Translations under genes and position numbers: made by a program | In this document: piece by piece, positions 1-9,736 of the stretch | Numbering within the stretch: the first letter of the stretch is position 1 | How the letters are laid out: every line of letters begins with the position of its first letter | DNA from: Craspedostauros australis | Lineage: Eukaryota | Direction: 5' to 3' | DNA length: 44,740 bases | Assembly: GCA_030167865.1 (NCBI GenBank) | Contig: JALAGF010004138.1 | Coordinates: forward strand, 1-44,740 | The notes under the pieces: generated by a model | The model's input: only the letters and a program-made list of their open reading frames with translations | Told to the model about the DNA's origin: nothing | Database searches by the model: none

Positions 1-2307
1 ACAAGATCATCGTCCAAGTCCTCACTCAGACCAAGATCCAACAGCAGGACATCCAGAGGATCCATCCGTCCTCCACTCAACGTCACCTTCCATCAAAACG
101 TCGTGTCAAATGTCATGAAGTACGATGACGTGAACATCGGTGATGACGGTGTCATCGACAATATCGACCACGGTGCTACATACAACCACAGTGATGGCCA
201 CAACGATGACGATGATGACGATGACTCCCTTGTGTGTCTCCCCGGGATGGACACAGAGCTGGAGAAGATGTCCCAAGCGGCCGTGAACAGCATCGCTGAC
301 ACCATCAAGTCAGAGCTCGAGAATGAACGCGTCGACCAAGACGACTCCCCGTCCACGGGAGACGCCGAGGATGAGGATGAGGAGAGCGAGCATCCCATGG
401 ATGAGATAGAGATGATGGAGATGATGCAGAAGAAGGAGGTCGATGCAGCCGCAGAGCAGCTTTGGCAAGAAGAGACCAACAAGCTGGTGGACAAGCACGC
501 ACCTCGAGGATGCAGAAGGATCGATGCAAAGCGTGCAGCTGTCAGCTCGGGCCCAAGCTCGAACTCGAACTCAAAGCCTGACCCTCGCACCAATCTTCAC
601 TCAGATGAGGGTGTGAGTGAAAGCGTGAGCGCGAGACCCAAGACAAAGATCAGTCGCAAAGATGTCGTCGCAATGGCTCATGCTGTTGTGAATAGATACT
701 CCAATGACCCACCACCGCGGATGGGCATGCCTCCATCGACGGCAGATGCTGGAAAGGATGGAAACGAACGCATTGCGGCCAGTGGTGAGAAGACGACCAA
801 CAACACAAACAAGAACACCATCACAAACACAATCACAAACACGGGCATGGATACGGAGCAATCGTTCAACTCCATCGAGAACGGACCCAACTTCTTCCAT
901 GCCTTCCCCACCACCTTCGACCAATCGACAGACACCGATTCTGACGATGTCCCTCCATCGCCGCCACCAGTAGCGACAGCAACAGCAACTACTACAGCAA
1001 CAGCAACAGAAGAGGCGCAAACAAAAAACACAATGGATCACAACGACACTCCCTTCGATCATGGGATCCAAGCCACACCAACCACCGCGAACGAGACCAC
1101 AGATGTTCCCACCCCCAACAGCAGTCCCAACAACAGCAGCAGAAACAATGACAACAACGCCACCACCACCACCAACAACAACAACAGATATGACAGTGAG
1201 AGTCAGAACATTGACGGAGATGGTGATGGTGATGGTACTCCTGTCAAGCACGATGATGTGGACGATGATGTGGACGGCCACAATCGCAACCAGAATCGTG
1301 CGGTGTTGAATTCCCTCGTCGTGTCGGGAGGAGATCAAGGAGAGACGCATGAGATCAGCCGTCACTCCGTCCCAAACAAGGACGACGAAGTCAACGTCAA
1401 CACCAACAGTACCTCCATCACCGCCCCCAATAGCGAAAGCACCACCACCACCAACATCATCATCACAACCAACGACGTAACCGAGTGCGGAACATTCGAA
1501 CAACCCATTCTGCTGGATGACAGCGATGAAGACGATGAAGATGGTGACGACAACACCGATGTTAAACAGCAACCACAGACACAGCAGCAAGAACAACAAC
1601 GACAACAACATGACGGGTTTGCGCAAAACACCCAAGAACTTGATGACCTCAACATGGTCAGCTCTGAGTCCTTCGACCGTTTCTTCGCTGCCGAATTCGC
1701 ATCGGCTGATGATGCGAACGTCATCGATCTGTCCGATGAGCTGAGCCAGCAAGAGACCCTCCTTGAACAGGTCCATACCCACATCAGCGAGCAGTCTGCT
1801 GTGTCCAAGATGGCAGAATCAGCCATGCTCGCAACGTCGATGTCGAGGTCGAACTCTCCCATCCCAACCGCTCCATCCAAGCCAAGGCGATCCAGAGCAT
1901 CACTGCCACCATTGCCGCCACCTGTCCAGCGATCGAAGATCCTCAAGATGATGGACAGCAGCATCCCCACCCTCAGAAGCAGCAGCAACAACAACAAGTG
2001 CAAGGATCAGGATCTGATGGAAGAGCCCTTGTCGGCCCACTCGCCCTTGCTCACCCAATCCGAAACGAGTGATGCGATTGACACGTTGAGCACCTCGAGC
2101 AGCAGCAAGCGACGTCCCAGCCGTCTGCATCAACGATACCTGCAGCTTCGCAGTGGACGAATGGGTAGGTTCGTTGGCTTGGTGTCGAAGATCCCCACCG
2201 CCAAAGGTAGCGACAAGTCGAAGCGCAAGAAGAAGCGCGAGGCTGCCCTGAAGCACATCCAGATTATGAAGATGAAGACGAAGAGCAAGAGCAGTGGTGT
2301 GGTCTGA
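1..2307 (+). CDS. Hypothetical low-complexity (Asp/Asn/Thr/Ser-rich) disordered protein, probably 5'-truncated by the window edge
   Basis: Frame +1 is open from base 1 to TGA at 2305-2307, with the first in-frame ATG at 115. It has acidic tracts, SIM-like motifs (PILLDDSDEDD, VIDLSDE) and a basic C-terminus (KSKRKKKREAALK). No recognisable folded domain. Confidence 0.75.
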   Translation, partial: TRSSSKSSLRPRSNSRTSRGSIRPPLNVTFHQNVVSNVMKYDDVNIGDDGVIDNIDHGATYNHSDGHNDDDDDDDSLVCLPGMDTELEKMSQAAVNSIADTIKSELENERVDQDDSPSTGDAEDEDEESEHPMDEIEMMEMMQKKEVDAAAEQLWQEETNKLVDKHAPRGCRRIDAKRAAVSSGPSSNSNSKPDPRTNLHSDEGVSESVSARPKTKISRKDVVAMAHAVVNRYSNDPPPRMGMPPSTADAGKDGNERIAASGEKTTNNTNKNTITNTITNTGMDTEQSFNSIENGPNFFHAFPTTFDQSTDTDSDDVPPSPPPVATATATTTATATEEAQTKNTMDHNDTPFDHGIQATPTTANETTDVPTPNSSPNNSSRNNDNNATTTTNNNNRYDSESQNIDGDGDGDGTPVKHDDVDDDVDGHNRNQNRAVLNSLVVSGGDQGETHEISRHSVPNKDDEVNVNTNSTSITAPNSESTTTTNIIITTNDVTECGTFEQPILLDDSDEDDEDGDDNTDVKQQPQTQQQEQQRQQHDGFAQNTQELDDLNMVSSESFDRFFAAEFASADDANVIDLSDELSQQETLLEQVHTHISEQSAVSKMAESAMLATSMSRSNSPIPTAPSKPRRSRASLPPLPPPVQRSKILKMMDSSIPTLRSSSNNNKCKDQDLMEEPLSAHSPLLTQSETSDAIDTLSTSSSSKRRPSRLHQRYLQLRSGRMGRFVGLVSKIPTAKGSDKSKRKKKREAALKHIQIMKMKTKSKSSGVV

Positions 2308-2641
2308 GAGAGGTCGTTTGTCTGGGAGATTGTGGAAATACGCATACTCGTTGGAAGTGGAGCGGAGCTAGAGTTCTCTCGCTGCGTGACGATGGCTTCC
2401 GCTGTGCAGGATTACGTTGGCTGCGAAGCGGCGAGTAACAATTTATGGTCGAGTAATTTTAAGTGACGATGAAGAATGAAGATAACGAAACAATGGAGTA
2501 CTCTATTTGGAAAACGATGCTGACATGCCATATCATTCTGTGTTGTCTGGGCTGCCAGTAGTGATGAGTTGAGTTGTCATGAAGAATCCTATTGTTCCAA
2601 TTGCACTTGCAATGCGCTATCTAACGTCTTCGATCACCGTG

Positions 2642-5260
2642 TTATGCTTGGTTCTGTTTGTTCTGTCTCAGCAGTGTCCAGGTCGATGGACTCCCCGTTT
2701 CGAGCTCCGCATCGTTTGCGTCATCCTGACTCTTGTTGACCTTGTGGAATGTTCCTTGCCACACGCTTTCCGCAACGCTCTGTTTCATCGATTTTGTTTC
2801 GGTCGTTGTCGCGGAGAGACCCGATCTGGATCGGGAGAGACCGGTCGATGCCATCGTGTCAGAGTTATGGAGTCTGGAGAGAACATTCCCGATGCCAATC
2901 GACCGAGGCACAGAGTGGAATGACCGATCTGTCGACAAACTCGGGACGAAGGAAGATTCGCCATCAACGTCCCCAATGATGGCACTGAGGTTGATCGACG
3001 TGTCAGCGTGCGTGGTCGCCGAAGGATCCTCGCGAACTTCTCCCCGAACATCTTTGCTTCTGGATACGGCCGAAGGGACCAAGGACAACGACGCAGTGCT
3101 ACTTGTACCGACGGAAAAGTGGACAGGGTTGGATATCTTTTCCCCGCCGCTCCTTGTGCCGATCCCATCGGGTTTCGGAAGATCGTCCCTCGAATCCGGG
3201 TGTGCCTCAGCATGAGCTTTCTGCAACGATGGAGATGATAGAGGTAATGGTGGCCTTCCCTTGCTGGCTCTTGATTGTCTGGAAGCCTGCGTCGCTCTAG
3301 ACTTGATGCTGTTGCGCGATGCGACATCTGATTTCGCACTGCTGCTAGCGCTGTGCCGACTTCTGTGGCTTTTCTTGCTGCTCGTGGTCGTCGCTCTCGA
3401 TCTCGCGGAGGATGTGTCCACGAGTGACACATCGTCATTGGTGCTGTCGTTGGATGGCTTCCCACCCATACTCTTCTCACGACCAGTACGGACACTGGTC
3501 TCATCTCCAAGTGCCGTCTCTGCAAGATTGGTAATCAAATCTCCGTCATCACGGAGATTCTTCCCGTTGCCAGATGCTGCGCTTTCAGCAGGAATCGGCA
3601 TGTCAGCCACGATACTAACGTTGTCAGCAGATGAATTGCGAGATATGGATTTGTCACTCGCGGATTTTGAACGGATGCTTCGAATGGAGGACCCATGAGA
3701 GAACGCCGACTGTATACCAGCATGCTGCTGCTGGAGCGGCGGTGTCTTGTGGGAAGCGATGGATTGATCCTCGTTGTTGTTGGCATGGACGACTTCGATT
3801 ACGACCGGTTTGGCGGCTGATGGTGATTCTTTCACAGAAGGCAACGCGGATGTGACTGAACGATGGGATCGGCGACTTCTTCTCGATGATGTTGAACGAA
3901 TGGAGCGAGTGGAACGGGTTGAACGCACAGAGTCAGACGATGGTGGACAGATTGGAGCATTGAGTTCCTCATTATCGGGGTACACGATGGTAACTTCAGC
4001 CACGGGTACTTGGTTTGGGACAGCTTGTTGGACGCTGATATGGGTAGGGTGAGGTGTGGCGTTGACATTGGCCTTGCCCAAGTTGTATGCCATCTTCGCG
4101 ATCGCCATGCCCGACATGGGAGCTCCGGTCACCCCGTCGAAACTGAAACCACGTCCAACCGTGAGGATATCTGCCGCTGGCGGGTGTCTCCGCGTTGCGA
4201 TGGGACCATGCCCGATCTTGTTCTTCGGTGTGGGAGGCAACTTGAGGAGGAGTTTGTTTCTCATATTCTTGAGCTTTGATGAACGCGTGCTCTGCCCTCC
4301 GCTGTTGCTTCGTGATCCTTTGCTGTGGGATGAGCGGCTCTGCACGGTGACGTTGCTAGTTTCTGCTGCACTCTCGCTGACATTGCCGTTGACGTCTTCA
4401 CCAGCGTCTTCGTTTTGAATCTCCATTCCCAGCTGGCCTCCATCGGCGATGCGCAGCTGAGTGCTCCCCGGGTTGAGGGCTTCAAACTTCCCGGAGAAGG
4501 ATACGTTGATGGAATACACCTCGATTGCTTCTGTCATGTGGGATGTATCGTCATTGCCCATGTTTTCGTGCTGTCTCGCAGAAGTGTCCGCAGTCATCTT
4601 GCTGTCGCTTGGCTTCCGGTCAGCGAAATACTTGCGTGCCAGCCATGCTGTGGATTGTGACGATGACTTGGTGGAAGCGCCTGGGATCGAGGCAGCACAG
4701 TAATCTTGCCCTAAGTCCGCAGTGACGACTGTGTGCTTGGCGCTGGGACCGGTGTAGTATCCAGTCTGGTCTGTGTGACCCGTAAAACCTGTCATCCCAG
4801 TACGGGTGGACTGCTCGTCGATGGAGGTGCCGAATGTGTCTTTCGATCCGTCCGTATCGAAGAGGAGGCTGTCCTGGGCAGCGATGGCGCTGCGTTGGTA
4901 ATCAGCGTAGAGGTTGGAGTCACGTCCGAATCTCATATCCTCGTCTCTCGAACCTTGTCGCAGCCGGATGGATCTCAGCTTCCGCCACGCCATGTAGCGT
5001 TCACGATCAGCACGGTTGCGGAAGGTGAGGGACTCCTCTGTGGCGGAGGTTGCGTTGGTGACAGACGATGCATGTGATCTCTCGTCGTCCTCGTGAGGCT
5101 TGTAGGCTTTGGTTGGGTAGTCTTCGAAGAAGAGAGACCACATGAGCTCGCCGCAGCCAACTTCGTCAGTGCTCTTGTTCCCAGCGAGGGAGGCCACCGC
5201 CTCTTCACTTGGTACCGAGCCCACCATGGTCTTGATTGGTCTCCTCTGGCTCTGTTGCAT
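2642..5260 (-). CDS. Hypothetical Ser/Arg-rich disordered protein (872 aa), possibly with an additional upstream exon
   Basis: Long ATG-initiated ORF with repeated S-x-R-S tracts and a short structured-looking patch near the N-terminus (GELMWSLFFEDYP...ERYMAWRKLRSIR). A pyrimidine-rich CAG acceptor lies 4 nt before the ATG (an intron would end at 5265). Confidence 0.75.
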   Translation of the reverse strand: MQQSQRRPIKTMVGSVPSEEAVASLAGNKSTDEVGCGELMWSLFFEDYPTKAYKPHEDDERSHASSVTNATSATEESLTFRNRADRERYMAWRKLRSIRLRQGSRDEDMRFGRDSNLYADYQRSAIAAQDSLLFDTDGSKDTFGTSIDEQSTRTGMTGFTGHTDQTGYYTGPSAKHTVVTADLGQDYCAASIPGASTKSSSQSTAWLARKYFADRKPSDSKMTADTSARQHENMGNDDTSHMTEAIEVYSINVSFSGKFEALNPGSTQLRIADGGQLGMEIQNEDAGEDVNGNVSESAAETSNVTVQSRSSHSKGSRSNSGGQSTRSSKLKNMRNKLLLKLPPTPKNKIGHGPIATRRHPPAADILTVGRGFSFDGVTGAPMSGMAIAKMAYNLGKANVNATPHPTHISVQQAVPNQVPVAEVTIVYPDNEELNAPICPPSSDSVRSTRSTRSIRSTSSRRSRRSHRSVTSALPSVKESPSAAKPVVIEVVHANNNEDQSIASHKTPPLQQQHAGIQSAFSHGSSIRSIRSKSASDKSISRNSSADNVSIVADMPIPAESAASGNGKNLRDDGDLITNLAETALGDETSVRTGREKSMGGKPSNDSTNDDVSLVDTSSARSRATTTSSKKSHRSRHSASSSAKSDVASRNSIKSRATQASRQSRASKGRPPLPLSSPSLQKAHAEAHPDSRDDLPKPDGIGTRSGGEKISNPVHFSVGTSSTASLSLVPSAVSRSKDVRGEVREDPSATTHADTSINLSAIIGDVDGESSFVPSLSTDRSFHSVPRSIGIGNVLSRLHNSDTMASTGLSRSRSGLSATTTETKSMKQSVAESVWQGTFHKVNKSQDDANDAELETGSPSTWTLLRQNKQNQA

Positions 5261-5609
5261 TATCCTGAAGTGGAGTGGAGTGAAATGGATCGCTCACAGC
5301 TGTCACCAAATGTGTCGAGATCGGAGCCGCGATAGTCAGAGGATCAGCAGTTGTTGTGTTTGTTTGTCGTTGATCGTTGCCCTTTTGATCGTGGAGCATG
5401 TTTTGTTGAGTAAGGTGGGTTGTTTGAGGCAAACGGAATGAGTTCAAATGATGTCACGCTGTGTGGAGTATGTACTAACAAGAGCGCAGGAGGGCAGAAA
5501 TGGGATCGCGATGATGTCGAGTGCTCACGGTCTGCTCGGTGGTGAGTTGCAGGTGTTGGAAGGTACCAGTTTCATCGTTGTTGAAATCTTGGTGCCATCC
5601 TCGTTTTAC

Positions 5610-5824
5610 ACTTCGGTCCACCGTTGGATCGGAGTGGCCTCTTTCTCTTTGCTCATCCTCAGCAGCGACGCTGCGACGGGACCATTCAAGTCGACCGTGC
5701 TTGGCTCTGCTTCACTCTGCTTGACCCTGCTGTCATGCGCATCTTCCAATGCAGAGTCGACGTTGCGATTGCGCTGATGAATCTGTTGAAGAGGGACTTC
5801 CATAAGTACACTTCCGTTGACCAT
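5610..5824 (-). other. Possible first coding exon of the 2642-5260 gene
   Basis: ATG-initiated, protein-like 72-aa ORF (5824-5606). A phase-2 splice from GT|GTAAAA (intron 5609-5265) joins it in frame to ...ATA ATG of the long ORF. The donor is weak, and an alternative GTGAGC donor nearer the gene also fits. Confidence 0.35.
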
Positions 5825-5954
5825 GTTGGGACGGTTGGATGGTGTAGTTGTGAGGGCAGATGCGACAAATCCGGGGATTCAGCGATGCGCGGAGGCGTCA
5901 GAATCGTGAGAGGAAAGGTGTCGACAAGGTCATGGCGCACTGGGTGTGCAAGAC

Positions 5955-5970
5955 ATGTCGCATGCGACAT
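5955..5970. promoter_or_regulatory. Perfect 16-bp palindrome ATGTCGCATGCGACAT in a divergent intergenic region
   Basis: The sequence equals its own reverse complement. It lies between the divergently transcribed genes starting at 5260/5824 (-) and 6656 (+). A regulatory role is not demonstrated. Confidence 0.3.
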
Positions 5971-6655
5971 TTTTGTCGTGATCGGCAAGCAGGCGGACGA
6001 TTTCCCAATTCACTTTTTAATTTTTGGTGCCGGGCAAAGGCGTTGGGCGAAGAAATTGCATAGGCGACGAGTGAGAAATGATCTGCCTGCCCAGCTTCAC
6101 TTAGCAATAGCGCAACATGTTTCCATGCGTTCAACGCTCGTCACGTTCAATTTTGTGAGTATGTGACACCAAGAAACGGAAGGTTTGATCCTGGATTGGG
6201 CATCATCGGAAAGGGGACTGTCCGTGTCACTCGAAACGTTGCATGTGGATGAAACTTCGAGATGGGCAACGACGTCCTTACACCACCACGAGGAACCAAA
6301 GAGTCCCCTGCGTCAACTTCGGCGGACAATAGCAACACCATTGATTGCAGCATTGGTGCAACGTTCCGCACATCCGAGCAAGAGACGAAGACGAAGACAG
6401 TACGAGAGAAGAATAAAGACTGATCCATCTCATCTCATCACATCACATAGCACTTTTTGCGACCAGAATGTACCAGAGGGTTCCATCTGATCACAAAACA
6501 AGCCTCATTCTAACCTTCCTCTTGACGCCAAGTGCGTGAAAGCCTCAAAGCCAACCGAAATCGCATCAAGCACAAAAGAGTCATTGCACACAATCAGACA
6601 TCCCAACACACTACATCACAGCGCAACGGAATACACAATACAAGTCACTGCAAAC

Positions 6656-7684
6656 ATGGATCTTCCCGACACCGATGCCATCTTCTCCATGCTTTTCGGC
6701 GACGCTCCGACCGAGACTCAATACAGTCGGCACCAGCATACCCTGATAAGCCACAGTCGGCGCAAGCAGTCGCCTTCCATGTTGGCAGCGCCATCCCCAT
6801 CGTTGATGACACCAACGCCGCCGCCGCCACCACCAGCAGACAAGAAGAGAACCAAGCGCAGGTCACGCAAGTACCGCAGACCAATTTTCAAGGATCCTGC
6901 GCCCAAATCGAAGCCAACAGTGCAGGCAAAAGAGGCGGAATCGTCAGCATCTCGTATGCAGCACTCTGGTGTTGACGCTCGCATGCAGCGGATGATGCCT
7001 CAAGCTGCACAACAAAGTCATGTTCAACAATCTATTCCGATTATGGATGACTTCCGACACGAGCTGCAGAAGATCTCAAGCCAAGAGCAGGAGGACGATT
7101 CGACCCTCGTGGGCACCGACGAGCAGTACCGTGCAGCGGTGCGAGCGCGATCCCTTATCGAGATTAACACGAAGGACCAGTTCGACAAGCGATCCATTAA
7201 GAACCGAATTCCTCCTTCGCTGAAAGATGATGAATCGCCGAAGGAAGCAGCGGTTGCTAACAACGGCATCACATTTATTTCGAACGATGATTGCGTCCGC
7301 CGAGTATCGGAAGAAACGAAGCACGGCGAGACCGATTACAATCACGACGACGGAGAGTATAGTGCTGCTGATTCCTTCCAGTTCCAGCCCATCAAGGTGA
7401 AACGAAACATTAGCGATCTGAGCCAATTCCTGTTTGACGTTGGCGCCAAGATGGGTATAAACCGACCTCGCAGATCAGAGATTGATAGCGATCGTGGTCA
7501 TCAAGGAGCTGGAGAAGAGGAAGAGTATGACGACTCGCCAATCCTGCAGACTCGCAATGACGGGAGCGTCAATCGTGATACGCCAAATGCCAGCTTCAGC
7601 GCAATGGAATACTCCGACATCAACTACATCATCGACGAGCACAGAGAACTTCCCGATGTGTTGCATTCCCAATCATTCTACTAA
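6656..7684 (+). CDS. Hypothetical protein (342 aa), largely disordered
   Basis: First in-frame ATG at 6656 (caaacATGg). Contains a poly-Pro run followed by a basic NLS-like cluster (KKRTKRRSRKYRR). Stop TAA at 7682-7684. Confidence 0.7.
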   Translation: MDLPDTDAIFSMLFGDAPTETQYSRHQHTLISHSRRKQSPSMLAAPSPSLMTPTPPPPPPADKKRTKRRSRKYRRPIFKDPAPKSKPTVQAKEAESSASRMQHSGVDARMQRMMPQAAQQSHVQQSIPIMDDFRHELQKISSQEQEDDSTLVGTDEQYRAAVRARSLIEINTKDQFDKRSIKNRIPPSLKDDESPKEAAVANNGITFISNDDCVRRVSEETKHGETDYNHDDGEYSAADSFQFQPIKVKRNISDLSQFLFDVGAKMGINRPRRSEIDSDRGHQGAGEEEEYDDSPILQTRNDGSVNRDTPNASFSAMEYSDINYIIDEHRELPDVLHSQSFY

Positions 7685-7987
7685 GGCACAGCAATCCAGC
7701 TCAGCCAGTACAGAACGGGGTGGGACAAGGAAACTATTACTCTACGAGCACATCGCATTGCATGAGAGTGAAACAAATACCACACGAGTCAAGGAAACGT
7801 GAGCAAAGCATATCGGAGTATAATGTATGCAATGGAGCGCCCGCTGTGTTCAGGCAAATGGCTTTGCAACGCGAGGAAACAAGTGCACTCGAGAAAGCCA
7901 CGATTAATATTAATCTCAAGAGACGAACTTCTTGGGACTTTCCTACTGTTGCGCTCGCGCACCTGGTACATCTTCGACTCTCCCCAG

Positions 7988-8024
7988 GAGAGAGAGAGAG
8001 TAGAGAGTAGAGAGTAGAGAATAG
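7988..8024. repeat. (AG)n / (AGAGTAG)n microsatellite
   Basis: gagagagagagagtagagagtagagagtagagaatag read directly. Confidence 0.85.
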
Positions 8025-8106
8025 TTCGTACAACTTTATCGGGGCAAGAGTAGCCCGCAGAGTTGTGGACGTGAGGCTGAAATCGTCGTCTGTCTGTCGT
8101 CCCGTT

Positions 8107-8115
8107 TTTGGCGCG
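8107..8115 (+). promoter_or_regulatory. E2F-consensus-like site TTTGGCGCG
   Basis: Matches TTTSSCGC about 180 bp upstream of the ATG at 8291. Short motif, so a chance match is possible. Confidence 0.25.
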
Positions 8116-8290
8116 AGAGAATCGACACGGAAGACACCATCTGTCGGTTTGGGATGTTCTGCACAACGAGTGTTGGCAAGGTCGCCCATCATTCGCTATC
8201 CACCATCCGCCATCCATCACACTTCACAATTGAGCAAAGAGTGGAGCAGTGTACAATAAGGTGGTACTGCAGTGTCTCGAGCACTGCGCT

Positions 8291-9418
8291 ATGCTCCAGA
8301 CGACGCTCATCATGAATGGGATTACCAGTAGATATACCAAGCAGCTTCGTCAACATTTCGTGGCCCGGTCGCTTCATCAGCTGCGAAATATACAAGGAAG
8401 GGCTACTGTTTCATCGTTATCATCAACATCTTCATCGCCTTCATCTTTGTCCTCGGCACCAGCGCCATTCGCTCTTCAGCGTCTGAGTTCATGCGTAAGT
8501 ATAAGTACAAGTACACCTCAAAGAGCAGCGGTTTCTGCTGCAGCTTTGCGCTTTGCGTCTTCAGCCAGCGATGGATCCGTTCATTATGAGTACTTTGTGG
8601 ACACAACAGGGCCAACCTCGAGCCCTTTCCTTCCCATCCATTTCTACAAGGATTCTCACGCCAGCCAATCGGACGTTCTCGATAAGATAGAGGCTATGAT
8701 GCAGCATCCAAAGAATGTGCGTGGGATGTTGCTCTCGCAGCCCAAATACCCGAGAGACTTCCGCAACATGAAGGCCTTGCGTGCTGTCATGCCGCCACAT
8801 CTCTCTGTCTTCTACGAGGAAAGCATCACAAACTACATTGCCAAGCAGCACAGGAATGCGGGGATAGCTACAGAACCATCGTCAGCAGTTGCACAAGACC
8901 GAGTTAGGTACCAAGCACAGCTGCCGGATGAATTCACCCCTCTCTACACGATCCCTCCGATGGAAACGGAGGAGTCCGAAAGGCTCAAGCGAGTCCTGAT
9001 GCAGCAGTCTGACGACGCAGGGGGGAGTGTATGGATCAAGCTTCCAATCGACTCTGGATTTGACCCGATCGCCCAGACACCGCTCATGTCTCCAAACTTT
9101 GGTGGCCTCAATGAATCTGCGCGAAGGTGTTTGGAGATGTTTCAAGCCTGCGACGTTGACATAAATTTGTGGGTGACGCATTTCACGCAGAAGGCAGACG
9201 AGGGTATTGAAGAAGATAGGCCTACTCGTAGCCACACACATGCAATGGAGCTGTGTCGGTATCTTGTTGAATCAGGCGTTGTGAAAGCCTCACAACTGAT
9301 TGTCCCGCTTGATTCTATTCCGGATGATGACAGGTCCGACGAGGGTTCTATGTTGAAATCACATTTGGATGTCGGCATTCGTAGGTTCACGGTTCAAGAT
9401 CGAGTTATTCACCTGTAG
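8291..9418 (+). CDS. Hypothetical protein with a probable mitochondrial targeting presequence
   Basis: The N-terminal ~90 aa are Arg/Ser/Leu/Ala-rich with no acidic residues and end in ...AALRFASS, an R-2/R-3-like cleavage context. A globular-looking region follows, ending in LDVGIRRFTV. Confidence 0.7.
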   Translation: MLQTTLIMNGITSRYTKQLRQHFVARSLHQLRNIQGRATVSSLSSTSSSPSSLSSAPAPFALQRLSSCVSISTSTPQRAAVSAAALRFASSASDGSVHYEYFVDTTGPTSSPFLPIHFYKDSHASQSDVLDKIEAMMQHPKNVRGMLLSQPKYPRDFRNMKALRAVMPPHLSVFYEESITNYIAKQHRNAGIATEPSSAVAQDRVRYQAQLPDEFTPLYTIPPMETEESERLKRVLMQQSDDAGGSVWIKLPIDSGFDPIAQTPLMSPNFGGLNESARRCLEMFQACDVDINLWVTHFTQKADEGIEEDRPTRSHTHAMELCRYLVESGVVKASQLIVPLDSIPDDDRSDEGSMLKSHLDVGIRRFTVQDRVIHL

Positions 9419-9736
9419 AGAGAACTGTGTAGATACAATGTAATGACAACACAATTCTCCTTCGGACAGCCTGTGACCATCTTCACAATCTTCCCAAGAA
9501 ATCCGCACCTACTCTATTGCTTGCAACGATGAAACAGAGTATACTGCGGTAGAGTACTCTCTACTATACTTTCTAGAGAGTTTGTTTGCGGCCGTACTAC
9601 TTTCCCCGTGCGACCAAAGTACATCGTTCAATGCCGACACGTACATGTCCTCCGCGCCTTGTCTCTCCGAAACCGTTCTTGCACCGACTCACGTGCACAA
9701 ACATACACGCACATCCACATTCGCCCCGGTTCATAA

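Noticed and set aside
601-1782. 393-aa hydrophobic antisense ORF, and the many similar antisense or alternate-frame ORFs over long genes
   Set aside because: Shadow of the low-complexity sense CDS (AAC/GAC/ACC codons give stop-poor Val/Gly-rich reverse frames). No independent motifs.
6019-6027. AATTTTTGG resembling an Sm-binding site of a spliceosomal snRNA
   Set aside because: No recognisable U1/U2/U4/U5 conserved elements upstream and no convincing 3' hairpin.
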